Assembly (NCBI GenBank): GCA_963792585.1
Contig: CAWBWI010000003.1
Location: 934,299-998,298, forward strand
Direction: 5' to 3'
Origin: Candidatus Eiseniibacteriota bacterium
GTDB lineage: Bacteria; Eisenbacteria; RBG-16-71-46; CAIMUX01; VGJL01
Length of the DNA: 64,000 nt
Each line of letters begins with the position of its first letter. Position 1 is the stretch's first letter. The translations under genes and the position numbers were made by a program. Below the pieces are notes generated by a model that worked only from the letters and a program-made list of their open reading frames with translations, had not been told where the DNA came from and made no database searches. Below, piece after piece: positions 17,345 to 27,554 of this stretch.

Positions 17345-18001
17345 ATGCCAAGAGCCGTCCCGCTCGTCGCGTCCGTTCTCGCGGGTTGCCTCGCCATCGG
17401 AACCGCGTGGGCGGGCTCCAATCGCGACGGGGCGTTGATCGTCCACGCAGATCCTCTGATCGTCTACTCTTCCGGGCGCGATTTCTGCGTGAGCGAGTAC
17501 CGCGGGCCGAGCACCTGCGGAAACGCTCGGACCGAAGTCGACGGGTTTCTCACGGATGCGATCCTCGTCTGGTTCATCGCGGCCTTCCCGAGGAATGCGC
17601 ATCCGGCCATCAATGCCGTTCAATTCGGGATCAGCTCGACCCTGCCGAACGGGGCGGTCGTCGCGCACGGGCCGTGCGGCTCGAGCCTCCTCGAGCTGGC
17701 CACGGGGGATTCCCCAGACTACGGCTGGGGGACGCTGGTCAGCTTCTCGACCATCAACGACACCTTTTCACCGATCTACTGGTTTGCGATCGAGGGGACC
17801 GGCGGGAGCACATTCGGATCGGCGAAATATCCCGGGGATGATCGCGCGGTCTTCGTCGACGACGGCAACCCGCCTGCGGAAGACGATATCACCCGCTTCG
17901 GCAGCGTCGGGTGGGGAACGAGCGGCGGCAATGACTGCCCGCCCGACGCATATGAGATCCGTCCATCGACCTGGGGAAAGGTCAAGGGCGGGTACCGATA
18001 G
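17345..18001 (+). CDS. hypothetical lipoprotein/secreted protein
   Basis: MPRAVPLVASVLAGCLAIGTAWAG (lipobox-like LAGC). No recognised domain. Confidence 0.5.
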   Translation: MPRAVPLVASVLAGCLAIGTAWAGSNRDGALIVHADPLIVYSSGRDFCVSEYRGPSTCGNARTEVDGFLTDAILVWFIAAFPRNAHPAINAVQFGISSTLPNGAVVAHGPCGSSLLELATGDSPDYGWGTLVSFSTINDTFSPIYWFAIEGTGGSTFGSAKYPGDDRAVFVDDGNPPAEDDITRFGSVGWGTSGGNDCPPDAYEIRPSTWGKVKGGYR

Positions 18002-18059
18002 GATCGAGGTCCTTCGACCGGGGCGCGGCGCGTAACGGGCGCCGCAAGGGGAGGTGTGG

Positions 18060-19526
18060 ATGAAGGCGCTGTTCGATCTCGTTTCCTGGTTGCCCGCGGT
18101 CATGATCCTGGTCTACGTCATGATGGACGTGTTCCGGGAGAACCCGGATGTGAGCCACTCCCGCGGGTTCAAGCTCCGCCGCATCGTCAACTGGGTCCCG
18201 CTGGGACTCGCCTACGCCTTCCTCTACATGGGCCGCTACAATCTCACGGTCTCGAAGAATGCCCTCGGCAATCTCATGACGAAAGAGGACTTCGGGATCA
18301 TCTTCGCCGTCGGGACGGTCACCTACGCCCTGGCCTTCCTGCTGAACGGCCCGTTGACGGATCGGATCGGGGGAAAACGCGCGATCCTGATCTCCGCGTT
18401 CGGCGCGGCGATCGCGAACCTCGCGATGGGGTTGGTCCTGCGCGGCATTCTCGTCTCCCACTGGTCGGTCGGGCTGACCTTCATCTTCTGCGTCCTCTAC
18501 GCGCTCAACATGTACTTCCAGAGCTTTGGCGCGGTGGCGATCGTGAAGGTCAACGCCGGGTGGTTCCACGTCCGCGAACGCGGGGTCTTCGGGGGGATCT
18601 TCGGAATCCTGATCTCGTTGGGGATCTTCTTTGCATTCGACTGGGGCGTGGCCATCATCAACGCGACCAAGACGGTCGCCGACGTCAAGCTCAACTGGGT
18701 CCAGTCGATGATCCGCTCCGCGACCGGCGTCGAGGGATCACCGATCGACCAGACCTGGTGGGTCTTCATCGTACCCGCGGTCATTCTGGTCTTGATCGGA
18801 CTCGTGAACCTCGTTCTGCTCAAAGACAACCCGAAGGATGCGGGCTTCAAGGACTTCTATACGGCCGATGCCTCGGCCGGCGAGGACGACAGGCCGTTCA
18901 CCCTCGGCGAGATTCTGAGCCGGATCCTGAAGAACCCGATCCTGCTTACGATCGCCTTCATCGAGTTCTGCACCGGCGTCCTGCGCAACGGCGTCATGCA
19001 CTGGTACCCGATCTTCCTGAAGGACTACATGAAGTTGCCGAGCGACGCGTTCATGCGCCTGCACTGGGGTCTCATCCTGATGCTGGCGGGCGTCTTCGGT
19101 GGGATGGTCGCGGGGGTCATGTCGGACAAAGTCTTCGGATCGCGTCGGGGGCCGGTCGCTGCGGTTCTCTATGGATTGATGTTCTTCGCGACCCTTCTGA
19201 TGATCTTCACGGTCAAGGGAGACCAGACGCTCCTCGCCATCGCGGTCGTCGCGATGTCCTTCTGCGTGATCGGGACGCACGGAATGCTCTCGGGCACATC
19301 CACGATGGACTTCGGCGGCAAGCGCGCGGCGGGCACGGCGGTGGGGTTGATCGACGGATTCGTCTATCTCGGCACCGGATTCCAGTCGCTCTCATTGGGC
19401 TTCATCACGACGCGCAACTGGAGCTGGTGGCCGATCTTCCTGATCCCGTTCTCGGTGATCGGATTCTACCTGGCCACGCGGATCTGGAAGGCGATGCCGA
19501 AGCCTCGGGGAGCGGCGGGGCACTGA
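18060..19526 (+). CDS. MFS transporter (organophosphate/oxalate-formate antiporter-like)
   Basis: 12-helix-like profile. LNGPLTDRIGGKRAIL loop motif. GGAGG 6 nt before the ATG at 18060. Confidence 0.8.
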   Translation: MKALFDLVSWLPAVMILVYVMMDVFRENPDVSHSRGFKLRRIVNWVPLGLAYAFLYMGRYNLTVSKNALGNLMTKEDFGIIFAVGTVTYALAFLLNGPLTDRIGGKRAILISAFGAAIANLAMGLVLRGILVSHWSVGLTFIFCVLYALNMYFQSFGAVAIVKVNAGWFHVRERGVFGGIFGILISLGIFFAFDWGVAIINATKTVADVKLNWVQSMIRSATGVEGSPIDQTWWVFIVPAVILVLIGLVNLVLLKDNPKDAGFKDFYTADASAGEDDRPFTLGEILSRILKNPILLTIAFIEFCTGVLRNGVMHWYPIFLKDYMKLPSDAFMRLHWGLILMLAGVFGGMVAGVMSDKVFGSRRGPVAAVLYGLMFFATLLMIFTVKGDQTLLAIAVVAMSFCVIGTHGMLSGTSTMDFGGKRAAGTAVGLIDGFVYLGTGFQSLSLGFITTRNWSWWPIFLIPFSVIGFYLATRIWKAMPKPRGAAGH

Positions 19527-19562
19527 GGGGTCGCTCGATCGAAGGGCCGCAGCTTGGATCAA

Positions 19563-19578
19563 GGGTGAGGAGTCACCC
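19563..19578. terminator. short hairpin between convergent genes
   Basis: GGGTGA-ggag-TCACCC (6-bp stem, 4-nt loop) between the MFS stop (19526) and the HDOD stop (19599). No U-tract. Confidence 0.3.
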
Positions 19579-19598
19579 CGTCGACGCGATCGGGAAGG

Positions 19599-20453
19599 CT
19601 ATCCGAGCAGAATCTTGGCCCGGGCGATCTGATCCGTGCAGACCTCGAGGATGGCGTCGGCGCTTTCCGCGGTGAGCGCGAGGCGCTTCCATGCCGGGTG
19701 CTCGGCGATGCTCAATCCTCTGGCCGGTTCCCGACGCCCGACCCCTTCGTGGGTCAGACAGGCCGTCGCAAGCGCGACCGTCAGCGTCAAGTATCCCACC
19801 TCGTCGGTCGGGTCTCCGGCGCCGTCGGGATTGTGGTGGTTCCGGATCACGCCGATCAGATTCGGCGGGAGATTCCACTTCGTCGCGATCAGGGCGCCCA
19901 ACTCCGCATGGTCGAACCCGAACTGATCCCGCTCCGCCTCGATGAAAGAGACCTTCTCGTTGTACACGCGCGCGACGACCTGCTCGTACTCATCCCGGTG
20001 GCTGTTCGCGAGAGCGCTCTTGCCGATGTCGTGCAAGAGGCCCGCGGTGAAAGCCCCGTCCGTGTCGACACGCCGTCCCATGGAGCGGGCGAGGGCCTCG
20101 GTCACCGGACCTGCCAGGGTAGAGTGCGTCCAGAGGAGCTTCTCCATCAGATCGAAGCGGCGGAAGACGCTCTTCAGCGAGATGCCGAGGACGAGATTCC
20201 GGACGGTTCGGCTTCCGACGAGACCGATCGCCTGGTGCAGGTTCTCGATCCTGCCGGAAAAGCCGTACATGACGGAGTTGGAGACCGTCAGGACCCGTGA
20301 GGCCAGGGACGCGTCCTGCTCGATCAGGGCCCGGAGATCATCGCGAGACGTGTTCGGGTTGTCGACCGCCGACATGACCTGCGCGGCGACCGCTGGAATC
20401 GCCGGGATGTCCTGGCTGGTGGACTCGAGATAGTCTTCGAGACGGGTCTGCAT
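19599..20453 (-). CDS. HDOD domain signalling protein
   Basis: IPAIPAVAAQVMSAVDNPNTS..LASRVLTVSNSVMYG and GLLHDIGKSAL are typical of HDOD. Confidence 0.8.
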   Translation of the reverse strand: MQTRLEDYLESTSQDIPAIPAVAAQVMSAVDNPNTSRDDLRALIEQDASLASRVLTVSNSVMYGFSGRIENLHQAIGLVGSRTVRNLVLGISLKSVFRRFDLMEKLLWTHSTLAGPVTEALARSMGRRVDTDGAFTAGLLHDIGKSALANSHRDEYEQVVARVYNEKVSFIEAERDQFGFDHAELGALIATKWNLPPNLIGVIRNHHNPDGAGDPTDEVGYLTLTVALATACLTHEGVGRREPARGLSIAEHPAWKRLALTAESADAILEVCTDQIARAKILLG

Positions 20454-20839
20454 GGACCGCGTCCTCCCATGATCTTCACGAGCTCAAGGTCGACAGCTGG
20501 GGTGGCCGGATGTACCGAAACCAACGCACGGGCACCGCGGCCGGCGACCCCTCTGTCCCCGATCATCCATCGTCCATTCGGCGCCCGATCCAAAGGGGAA
20601 TGTTCCTCGCTGCCCGATGCTATTGGCCGCCCTTCCGCGGTGATGAACCCGGCGCCGTGAACCGAGACCGATGCGGATCGTGCGGCCGCCGCGACAGGCG
20701 CGACGATCCGGCGATGGCTCTCCCCCCGAATCTGCTATCATCCGTTGTTTCTTTAGAGAATGGCCGCCACAACCCGGCGCCCGATCTTGCGGCGCCGTGA
20801 CTGCAGCGATGAACTGCAGCAGGTACGGGAGGTGGGCCA

Positions 20840-21562
20840 ATGAGAGCGCATGCCAACATCGTGTGCCTTTGCATCGCAGTCGGGTGCCTGGCGGGGTGCG
20901 GGAAGTCGAGCAACTCCCCTGAAGAGGATTGCACTCCGGATACTCAATACAACCCCTCGATCAACCCCGCCGCGTTCGTCCTGACCGTCGACAACCCGCT
21001 GTTTCCGTTGGTGCCGGGAACGGAGTACGTCTACCAGGGCGGCCAGGAGACGATTCGCGTCACCGTGACCTCCGACTCGAAGGTCATCCTCGGCGTGACC
21101 GCCACCGTGGTTCACGATGTCGTGTCCGTGGGCGACGAGACCATCGAGGACACGTACGATTGGTACGCGCAAGACACTGCGGGCAACGTCTGGTACCTCG
21201 GCGAAGACACCAAGGAGTACGAGGGTGGCGTGGTCGTCAGCACCGAAGGCTCATGGGAGGCCGGGGTGGACGGCGCCAAACCCGGAATTGTGATGTATGC
21301 GACACAGCCGGCTATCGGAGCGCCCTACCGCCAGGAATACTACGCCTGCGAGGCTGAGGACATGGCGGAGGTGGCTGGTGTGAACAGATCGGTCACGGTT
21401 CCCAGCGGCGCCTTCACCGGCTGTCTGCAAACGCGCGAGTTCACGCCCCTGGAAACCGACGTCAATGAGTACAAGTACTACGCCCCCGGCGTCGGTCTGG
21501 TGCTCGAAGTCGATGTCGAATCCGGTGCGCGCATGGAGCTCGTGACCGTGACGACTCCCTAG
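20840..21562 (+). CDS. hypothetical lipoprotein
   Basis: MRAHANIVCLCIAVGCLAGCGKSS lipobox. GGGAGG upstream of the ATG. Confidence 0.55.
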   Translation: MRAHANIVCLCIAVGCLAGCGKSSNSPEEDCTPDTQYNPSINPAAFVLTVDNPLFPLVPGTEYVYQGGQETIRVTVTSDSKVILGVTATVVHDVVSVGDETIEDTYDWYAQDTAGNVWYLGEDTKEYEGGVVVSTEGSWEAGVDGAKPGIVMYATQPAIGAPYRQEYYACEAEDMAEVAGVNRSVTVPSGAFTGCLQTREFTPLETDVNEYKYYAPGVGLVLEVDVESGARMELVTVTTP

Positions 21563-21608
21563 CGGGGTCCGCCCGGGACGAACCGGTCCGGAAGATCATC
21601 GTGGCCGT

Positions 21609-21630
21609 GCCGTTGCTCCCCGGCAACGGC
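21609..21630. terminator. hairpin between convergent genes
   Basis: GCCGTTGC-tccccg-GCAACGGC (8-bp stem) between 21562 (+ stop) and 21736 (- stop). No U-tract. Confidence 0.25.
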
Positions 21631-21735
21631 CGCGCAGCCCCGCCAGGGATCACGAGATGAGAATCCCCGGCGTGAGCACGCGCGCCCCCATCGAGTGGAT
21701 GAGGGCGCGCGTTTGTCGGTCGCGATTCTCGGTCG

Positions 21736-24700
21736 CTATGCCGTGCTGGGAGCGAGATCGGGCACGTCCGGCCCTGCGCCCATTCCCTCCTCGTTGGGAA
21801 CACTTGCCGCGACCGGCACGCGCGTCCGCGCAACCAGCATGTAGACCGCCGGGACGATGAAGAGCGTGAAGAAGGTGCCGATGATCATGCCGCTCACGAG
21901 CATGATCCCGATGCTGTTCCGCGCTCCGGCGCCCGGGCCGTGCGCGAAGACGAGCGGGAGGTGGCCGAACACCGTGGCCGCGGTCGTCATCAGGATAGGT
22001 CGCGAGCGCGTCCCCGCGGCCTCCATGACGGCCCGCAGCTTCTCCGCCCCCGTCTCCTGGAGGTGGTTCGCGAACTGGACGATCAGGATGCCGTTCTTTG
22101 CCACGAGCCCCACCAGAGTGATCAGGCCCACCTGGCTGTAGATGTTCAGCGTCGTGAGGCCCAGGAACGAGAAGAGGAGCGCGCCCGAGAGCGCCAGCGG
22201 GACCGAACCCGCCAGGATCACGAACGGATCTCGGAAGCTCTCGAACTGCGCCGCGAGCACCAGGTAGATCAGGATCGCCGAGAGGAGGAACACGGCAAGG
22301 AACTTACTTCCCTCCGTGCGGAGCTGGCGCGACTCGCCCGCGTAGTCGACCGTGAAGCCGGGCGGGAGCATCGTTCTGGCTTCGTTCTCGAGGAACTTCA
22401 ACGCCCGGTCCAGAGAAACCGACGGGGGAACCACACCCTGGATACGCACGGCGTTGAGCTGCTGGAACCGCTTCAGCTCACGCGGTTCGGTCGTGGTCCG
22501 AAGCGTCGCAAACGTGGAAAGCGGCACCAAGGCGCCGTCCTTACCGCTGACGTAGATTTGCTCCAGCTGGTCCGGCGTCAGGCGCTCGCTACGCTTGACC
22601 TGGGGGATCACCTTGTAGCTTCGTCCCTGGATGCTGAAACGGTTCACGTAGTCCCCCCCCAGAAGGGTGGACAGATCCTCCCCGGCCTGGCTCATGTTGA
22701 CGCCCTGCGAGCGCACCCTGTCGCGATTGAAGACAACCTCCGCCTGGGGCTGATCGAACTTGAGATCCGCGTCGGCGTACATGAAGAGCCCGCTCGCGAA
22801 CGCCTTCTGCACGAGCTGATTCGCGAACTCCCCGAGTTGCTCCGGCTCCGCCGTAGAGCAGATCACGAAGTCCACGGGGAAATCGCCGCCGCCGGGTAGC
22901 GCGGGCGGAATCAGGGGTATCACCCGCACGCCCGGAATCTGCGAGAGTCCTCCCGCGGATTCCATCTGGAGCTGGGCCGTGCTCTTGCTTCGCTCGCCCC
23001 AGGGCTTCGTCACCATGCCCCCGAAACCCCCAGTCGGGTAGGTGATCTGGAAGGTATTCTGTGTCTCCGGGAACGACTGGTAGACCTGATTGACCTTCGC
23101 GGCGAAGAGCTTCGTCTGATCGATGGTCGAGTTCGCCGAGGCCTGGACGATCCCGAAGACGATGCTCTGGTCCTCGCTCGGCGCCAGCTCACGCTGCGAG
23201 AACATGTAGAAGGGGACCATCATGACCACGACGATCGCCCACAGCACGAGCACGACCGGGCGATACTGCAGGGTCCAGGAGAGCGCGCGCCCGTACGCCC
23301 GACGGACGGCGTCGAAGTGCCGGTTGATCATGCCCGCAAAGCCATGCCCGGTGTGCTCGGCACGCAGGAGCTTCGATCCCATCATCGGCGACAACGTCAG
23401 GGCGACCACTCCCGATACCATCACGGCGCCGGCGAGCGCGAACGCGAACTCACGGAACAGAGATCCGGTCAGACCGCCCTGGATCGCTACGGGGGTGTAG
23501 ACCGCAGCCAGGGTGATCGTCATGGCGATGATCGGACCGACCAGTTCCCGCGCCGCATCGATCGCCGCCTGGACGGGTCGTTTCCCGTTTCGCAGGTGTC
23601 GCTCCATGTTCTCGACCATCACGATCGCGTCGTCCACCACGAGACCCACCGAGAGCACGATCGCCAGCAAGGTCAGCAGGTTGATGGTGAATCCGGCCAC
23701 CGCCATGATGAAGACGGCCCCGATGAGCGAGATGGGAATCGCCACGACGGGGATGACCACCGAGCGCATCGACCCCAAGAAGAGGAAGATGATCACGATC
23801 ACGATTAGGAGGGTCTCCGTGAGGGTCTTGAGCACTTCGTGGATCGCGTCCTGGATGTAGACGGTGGAGTCGTACGGGATGCCCGCCTTCATTCCCACCG
23901 GCAGTTGGGCCTGGATCTGCGGCATCGCCTCACGCACCCTGGCGATCACATCGAGCGAGTTCGCCGTCGGCAGGACCCAGACCCCCATGAAGGTGGCGGT
24001 CTCCCCGTTGAAGCGGACGTCCTCTTCATAGTTCTCGGCACCGAGCACGACATCCGCGATGTCGCCGAGGCGGACGACCGCGCCGTTGTCTTCCTTCACG
24101 ACCAACTGCCGGAACTCCTCGGGCGTCTGGAGTGCGGTGTTGGCGATCATGTTCACCGAGACCATGGACCCCTTCGTCCTGCCGAGGGCGGAGAGATAGT
24201 TGTTACGCGCGAGGGCGTCCCGAACCTGGGAGGGGGAGATCCCCAGCGACGCCATCCTGTCGGGTTTCAGCCAGACCCGCATGGCGAACGTGCGGTCGCC
24301 GAGGATATCGGCCCGCTGCACGCCTTCGATCGCCGACAGCTTCGGTTGCACGACGCGCGTGAGGTAGTCGGTGATCTGGTTCTGATCCAGGTCCTCCGAC
24401 GCGAAGCCGATGTACATCGCCGCGAACTGGTTGTCGGCAGTCTCCAGCTCGATGATCGGCGCCTCCGCCTCCGGAGGAAGGTCGTTACGCACCTGCGCCA
24501 CCTTCGCCTGGATCTGGGTCAGGGCGGCGTTGGTGTCGTAGTTGAGCTTCAGGTGCACGGTGATCGTGCTCACGCTCTGGGCGCTGGAGGACTCGAGATA
24601 GTCGATGCCGTCCGCGCTGGCGATCACACGCTCGAGCGGGCTCGTGATGAACCCGCGCACGAGATCGGCATTCGCGCCGATGTATGCGGTCGTGACACGG

Positions 24701-24834
24701 ATGACCGCGATGTCGCTACGCGGGAACTGGCGCACGCTGAGCGACCGGATCGACTGCAGCCCGGCGATCAGGATGATCAGGTTGACGACGATCGCGAGGA
24801 CGGGCCGTCGTACGAAGAGATCTGTGAATTTCAT
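21736..24834 (-). CDS. RND efflux transporter permease (AcrB/HAE1-like)
   Basis: 1032 aa. MKFTDLFVRRPVLAIVVNL.., SVGLVVDDAIVMVENM, and a duplicated 6-TM plus large-loop layout. Confidence 0.9.
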   Translation of the reverse strand: MKFTDLFVRRPVLAIVVNLIILIAGLQSIRSLSVRQFPRSDIAVIRVTTAYIGANADLVRGFITSPLERVIASADGIDYLESSSAQSVSTITVHLKLNYDTNAALTQIQAKVAQVRNDLPPEAEAPIIELETADNQFAAMYIGFASEDLDQNQITDYLTRVVQPKLSAIEGVQRADILGDRTFAMRVWLKPDRMASLGISPSQVRDALARNNYLSALGRTKGSMVSVNMIANTALQTPEEFRQLVVKEDNGAVVRLGDIADVVLGAENYEEDVRFNGETATFMGVWVLPTANSLDVIARVREAMPQIQAQLPVGMKAGIPYDSTVYIQDAIHEVLKTLTETLLIVIVIIFLFLGSMRSVVIPVVAIPISLIGAVFIMAVAGFTINLLTLLAIVLSVGLVVDDAIVMVENMERHLRNGKRPVQAAIDAARELVGPIIAMTITLAAVYTPVAIQGGLTGSLFREFAFALAGAVMVSGVVALTLSPMMGSKLLRAEHTGHGFAGMINRHFDAVRRAYGRALSWTLQYRPVVLVLWAIVVVMMVPFYMFSQRELAPSEDQSIVFGIVQASANSTIDQTKLFAAKVNQVYQSFPETQNTFQITYPTGGFGGMVTKPWGERSKSTAQLQMESAGGLSQIPGVRVIPLIPPALPGGGDFPVDFVICSTAEPEQLGEFANQLVQKAFASGLFMYADADLKFDQPQAEVVFNRDRVRSQGVNMSQAGEDLSTLLGGDYVNRFSIQGRSYKVIPQVKRSERLTPDQLEQIYVSGKDGALVPLSTFATLRTTTEPRELKRFQQLNAVRIQGVVPPSVSLDRALKFLENEARTMLPPGFTVDYAGESRQLRTEGSKFLAVFLLSAILIYLVLAAQFESFRDPFVILAGSVPLALSGALLFSFLGLTTLNIYSQVGLITLVGLVAKNGILIVQFANHLQETGAEKLRAVMEAAGTRSRPILMTTAATVFGHLPLVFAHGPGAGARNSIGIMLVSGMIIGTFFTLFIVPAVYMLVARTRVPVAASVPNEEGMGAGPDVPDLAPSTA

Positions 24835-25961
24835 CAGCTGTCCTCCGGCCGCGGCGCGGGGCTGTTCGAGGGCTGGATTTCATTGTTCACGAGGATGGCC
24901 GCGCCGTTGCGCAGCTTGAATACGCCCGAGGTCGCGACCTCCTGGCCCGGCGTGAGACCCGAGAGAACGGCGATCTGATCGCCGCGCGAACCGCCGAGTT
25001 TCACGAACTGCTGGCGGACGCCTTTGTAGTTCTGACCGTTGGGACCCTTCAGATCCTCCACGATGAATACGGAATCACCGTAGGGCGCGTAGCTGATCGC
25101 TGAGGCCGGAAGGGCGACCATGGGGCTTCCCGGCCCCATCACGACCTGGGTTTCGACGAACATTCCGGGGCGGAGCCTCCCGCCGGGGTTCTGGAAGGTC
25201 GCCTGAACCTGGACGTTGCGTGTCGACTCATCGACGCGCGCGTTGATCGCCGTGATCCTGCCGTGCGGCCCGGGGCCGTCCGTGCCATCCGCGATGAGCT
25301 CCACATCGCCGCCGACACGCAGATCCCCGACCTGCTGCTGGGGCACGGAAAAGTTGACGTAGATCGGGTCCAGCGACTCCAGGGGAACGACCGGATTCCC
25401 GCCCGTCAGGTACTGGCCCAGATTGACCTGGCGGATCCCCAGGATCCCCGAGAAGGGAGCTCGGATGGTCTTGCGCTCGATGGTGGCCTGGATCTCGTCC
25501 ACCCGGGCTTCCGCCTGTTTCAGCTCAGCAGAGCTGCGGTCGTACTCCGATTGCGAGGTGACTCCCTTCTCACGAAGTGCGCTGATCCGATCGAAGTTCA
25601 GTCGCGCTAGGTCACGCTGGGCCTCGGCGGCGGCCAGCTGCGCCTTCTCCTGGCGCGTATCGAGCGAGACGAGGAGATCGCCCTCCTTCACGGCCCGACC
25701 CGACTCGAATGCGATGCTGTCGACGATGCCGGGTAGATCCGCACTGACGGTGACCCCGTGGACCGCCTCCACGCTGCCGATGAAACCCAGCGTTGCGGGC
25801 CACTCATTCTGCTCGGTGACGATCGTGGTGATTGCCTCCGGTGGAGGCTGCCACGACATTCCCTGAGCGATGGCTGTCTGAATCTGCCGGTACTTCACGA
25901 ACCCGATGGCCCCGAGGAAGAATAGGGCGGCCACCAGCATCAATATCATGCGTCGCTTCAT
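24834..25961 (-). CDS. RND efflux periplasmic adaptor (MFP)
   Basis: Signal anchor, lipoyl-like hairpin (VTVSADLPGIVDSIAFESGRAVKEGDLLVSLD), coiled-coil and beta-barrel regions. Its stop overlaps the RND start. Confidence 0.85.
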   Translation of the reverse strand: MKRRMILMLVAALFFLGAIGFVKYRQIQTAIAQGMSWQPPPEAITTIVTEQNEWPATLGFIGSVEAVHGVTVSADLPGIVDSIAFESGRAVKEGDLLVSLDTRQEKAQLAAAEAQRDLARLNFDRISALREKGVTSQSEYDRSSAELKQAEARVDEIQATIERKTIRAPFSGILGIRQVNLGQYLTGGNPVVPLESLDPIYVNFSVPQQQVGDLRVGGDVELIADGTDGPGPHGRITAINARVDESTRNVQVQATFQNPGGRLRPGMFVETQVVMGPGSPMVALPASAISYAPYGDSVFIVEDLKGPNGQNYKGVRQQFVKLGGSRGDQIAVLSGLTPGQEVATSGVFKLRNGAAILVNNEIQPSNSPAPRPEDS

Positions 25962-25994
25962 TGTCGAACGTCTCCCTTGCTATCCGAACACAGT

Positions 25995-27554
25995 TCAGGG
26001 CGTGGCCTCGCCCAGGTCGATGCCCCTTGCCTCGATCAAGGATCCGGTCGCGCGCGCCATCTCGGTGCGTGCGGTCCGGTAGTCGATCAGAGACGAAATC
26101 TCGTCGAGCCGAGCGCGCGAGAGGTCGTTCTGTCGCGTGAGGACGAGAAAGTTCGTGGAGAGCCCCGCCGCGTATCGATCCCGTTCCGCCGAGAGCTGCA
26201 CCTGCGCCGCGTCACGACCCGCGCGGGCGGCGGTAATCCGCTGGCCGGCAGTCTCCAGTGCTGCCGCCGCATCGAGGACCTCGGCACGGATGATCTTGCG
26301 CACCTGTGCCAGGTTCGCTTCCGCTTGCCGCTCTACGCTTCGCGCCGAGACGGCGGCGGCGCGGGCCGTCCGATTGCGTATCGGGAAGCCCAGGACGAGG
26401 CCCACGCGGACCGCGTCGAAGTCGCCATCGCCCAGTTTCTCGAAAGACCGCCCGAGATCTCCTTCCATGCTGGACGGCAGCATCCCCTCCGGATTGGCGG
26501 GATTGCGCGAGCCGGCCAGACCGAATCGGTCGTAGGAAACGACGGCGTCGAGGGAAGGCCGGACGGTGTTGCGGGCGTAGGCCGTTTCGGCCCGGCGCCG
26601 CTCCACACCGGCTTCTCCCATCTGCAGCTCGGGCCTGACATGGAGAGCACTTTCCAGAAGCGAATCGACGTTCACGGGCGCGGGCTCGACCGTTGCGGCG
26701 TCGACCGGAACGATCGGGTCGTGCCATAGCGGGTCGTCATCGCCAAGGATCAGCAGCTTGAGCGCGTTCTCCGCGCGAGAGACCTGCTCGCGCGACGCGA
26801 GCTGGTCCCCCGTGCGCCGCTCCAACTCCGCCCGAGGCTGCGCCAGCTCGGTCTCCGGGACGGAGCCGCTCTCGACGCGCGTGCCCGTCTCGGTGAGCTG
26901 TTCCTGGGCAAGGCGCACGGCTTCGTCCCGCACCTCCTGCCCGAGCCGGGCGGCGACGAGCGCCCAGTAGGCCTCTTCCACGGAAGCGACCGCATCGGTG
27001 ACCGTTCGGCGCAGGTCCGCCGCGGCCGCCTGCCGTTCCGATCTCGCGACCCGCACGGAGAGTCGAGCCGGATCGGCCACGAGATCGCGCAGAAGGGGCT
27101 GCCGCAGCTCGACGCCGACCTGCGTGCCGTACGCCGGGGTGAGAAGGGCCAGCGTGCCGTCCGTCGTTTCCTTTGACGCCTTTCCTCCGACAGACACGGC
27201 CCCGCCCGTGGGGAGAAGCTGACGGATCGAAACGCTGCCGTCGGCGGCCTTGTTCGTCGGGGCGAACTCTCCCTCAGGCGCGCCGGAGAACGAGGAGTTC
27301 ACCGGCGCGGACGACCTCTGCCATCCGCCCGCGACCTCGAGCCGCGGATCATAGGCGCCCCTCGCGCCGCTCACAGCCGCGGTCGCGGCGGCCAGCGATT
27401 CCTTCCCGATCAGAATCTCGTTGTTGTTCTCGAGCGCCCGCTGAATCGCTTCCGTGAGCGTCAACGGATGATCTGCTCCTCGCACCGATCCGGCCGCGAT
27501 CGCGACCATGACCACGCCAAGTATGACGTGACGATTCCACCGCCGAACAATCAT
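25995..27554 (-). CDS. TolC family outer membrane efflux protein
   Basis: Signal peptide, then two OEP-like repeats (LTLTEAIQRALENNNEIL.., ..YAAGLSTNFLVLTRQNDL). Confidence 0.85.
   Translation of the reverse strand: MIVRRWNRHVILGVVMVAIAAGSVRGADHPLTLTEAIQRALENNNEILIGKESLAAATAAVSGARGAYDPRLEVAGGWQRSSAPVNSSFSGAPEGEFAPTNKAADGSVSIRQLLPTGGAVSVGGKASKETTDGTLALLTPAYGTQVGVELRQPLLRDLVADPARLSVRVARSERQAAAADLRRTVTDAVASVEEAYWALVAARLGQEVRDEAVRLAQEQLTETGTRVESGSVPETELAQPRAELERRTGDQLASREQVSRAENALKLLILGDDDPLWHDPIVPVDAATVEPAPVNVDSLLESALHVRPELQMGEAGVERRRAETAYARNTVRPSLDAVVSYDRFGLAGSRNPANPEGMLPSSMEGDLGRSFEKLGDGDFDAVRVGLVLGFPIRNRTARAAAVSARSVERQAEANLAQVRKIIRAEVLDAAAALETAGQRITAARAGRDAAQVQLSAERDRYAAGLSTNFLVLTRQNDLSRARLDEISSLIDYRTARTEMARATGSLIEARGIDLGEATP

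Noticed and set aside
20454-20839. A 386-bp gap between the divergent HDOD and lipoprotein genes, examined for an sRNA, riboswitch or tRNA
   Set aside because: It contains only a short CTGCAG-N7-CTGCAG hairpin near the lipoprotein RBS. I recognised no cloverleaf and no conserved riboswitch core. It is most simply a pair of divergent promoters.
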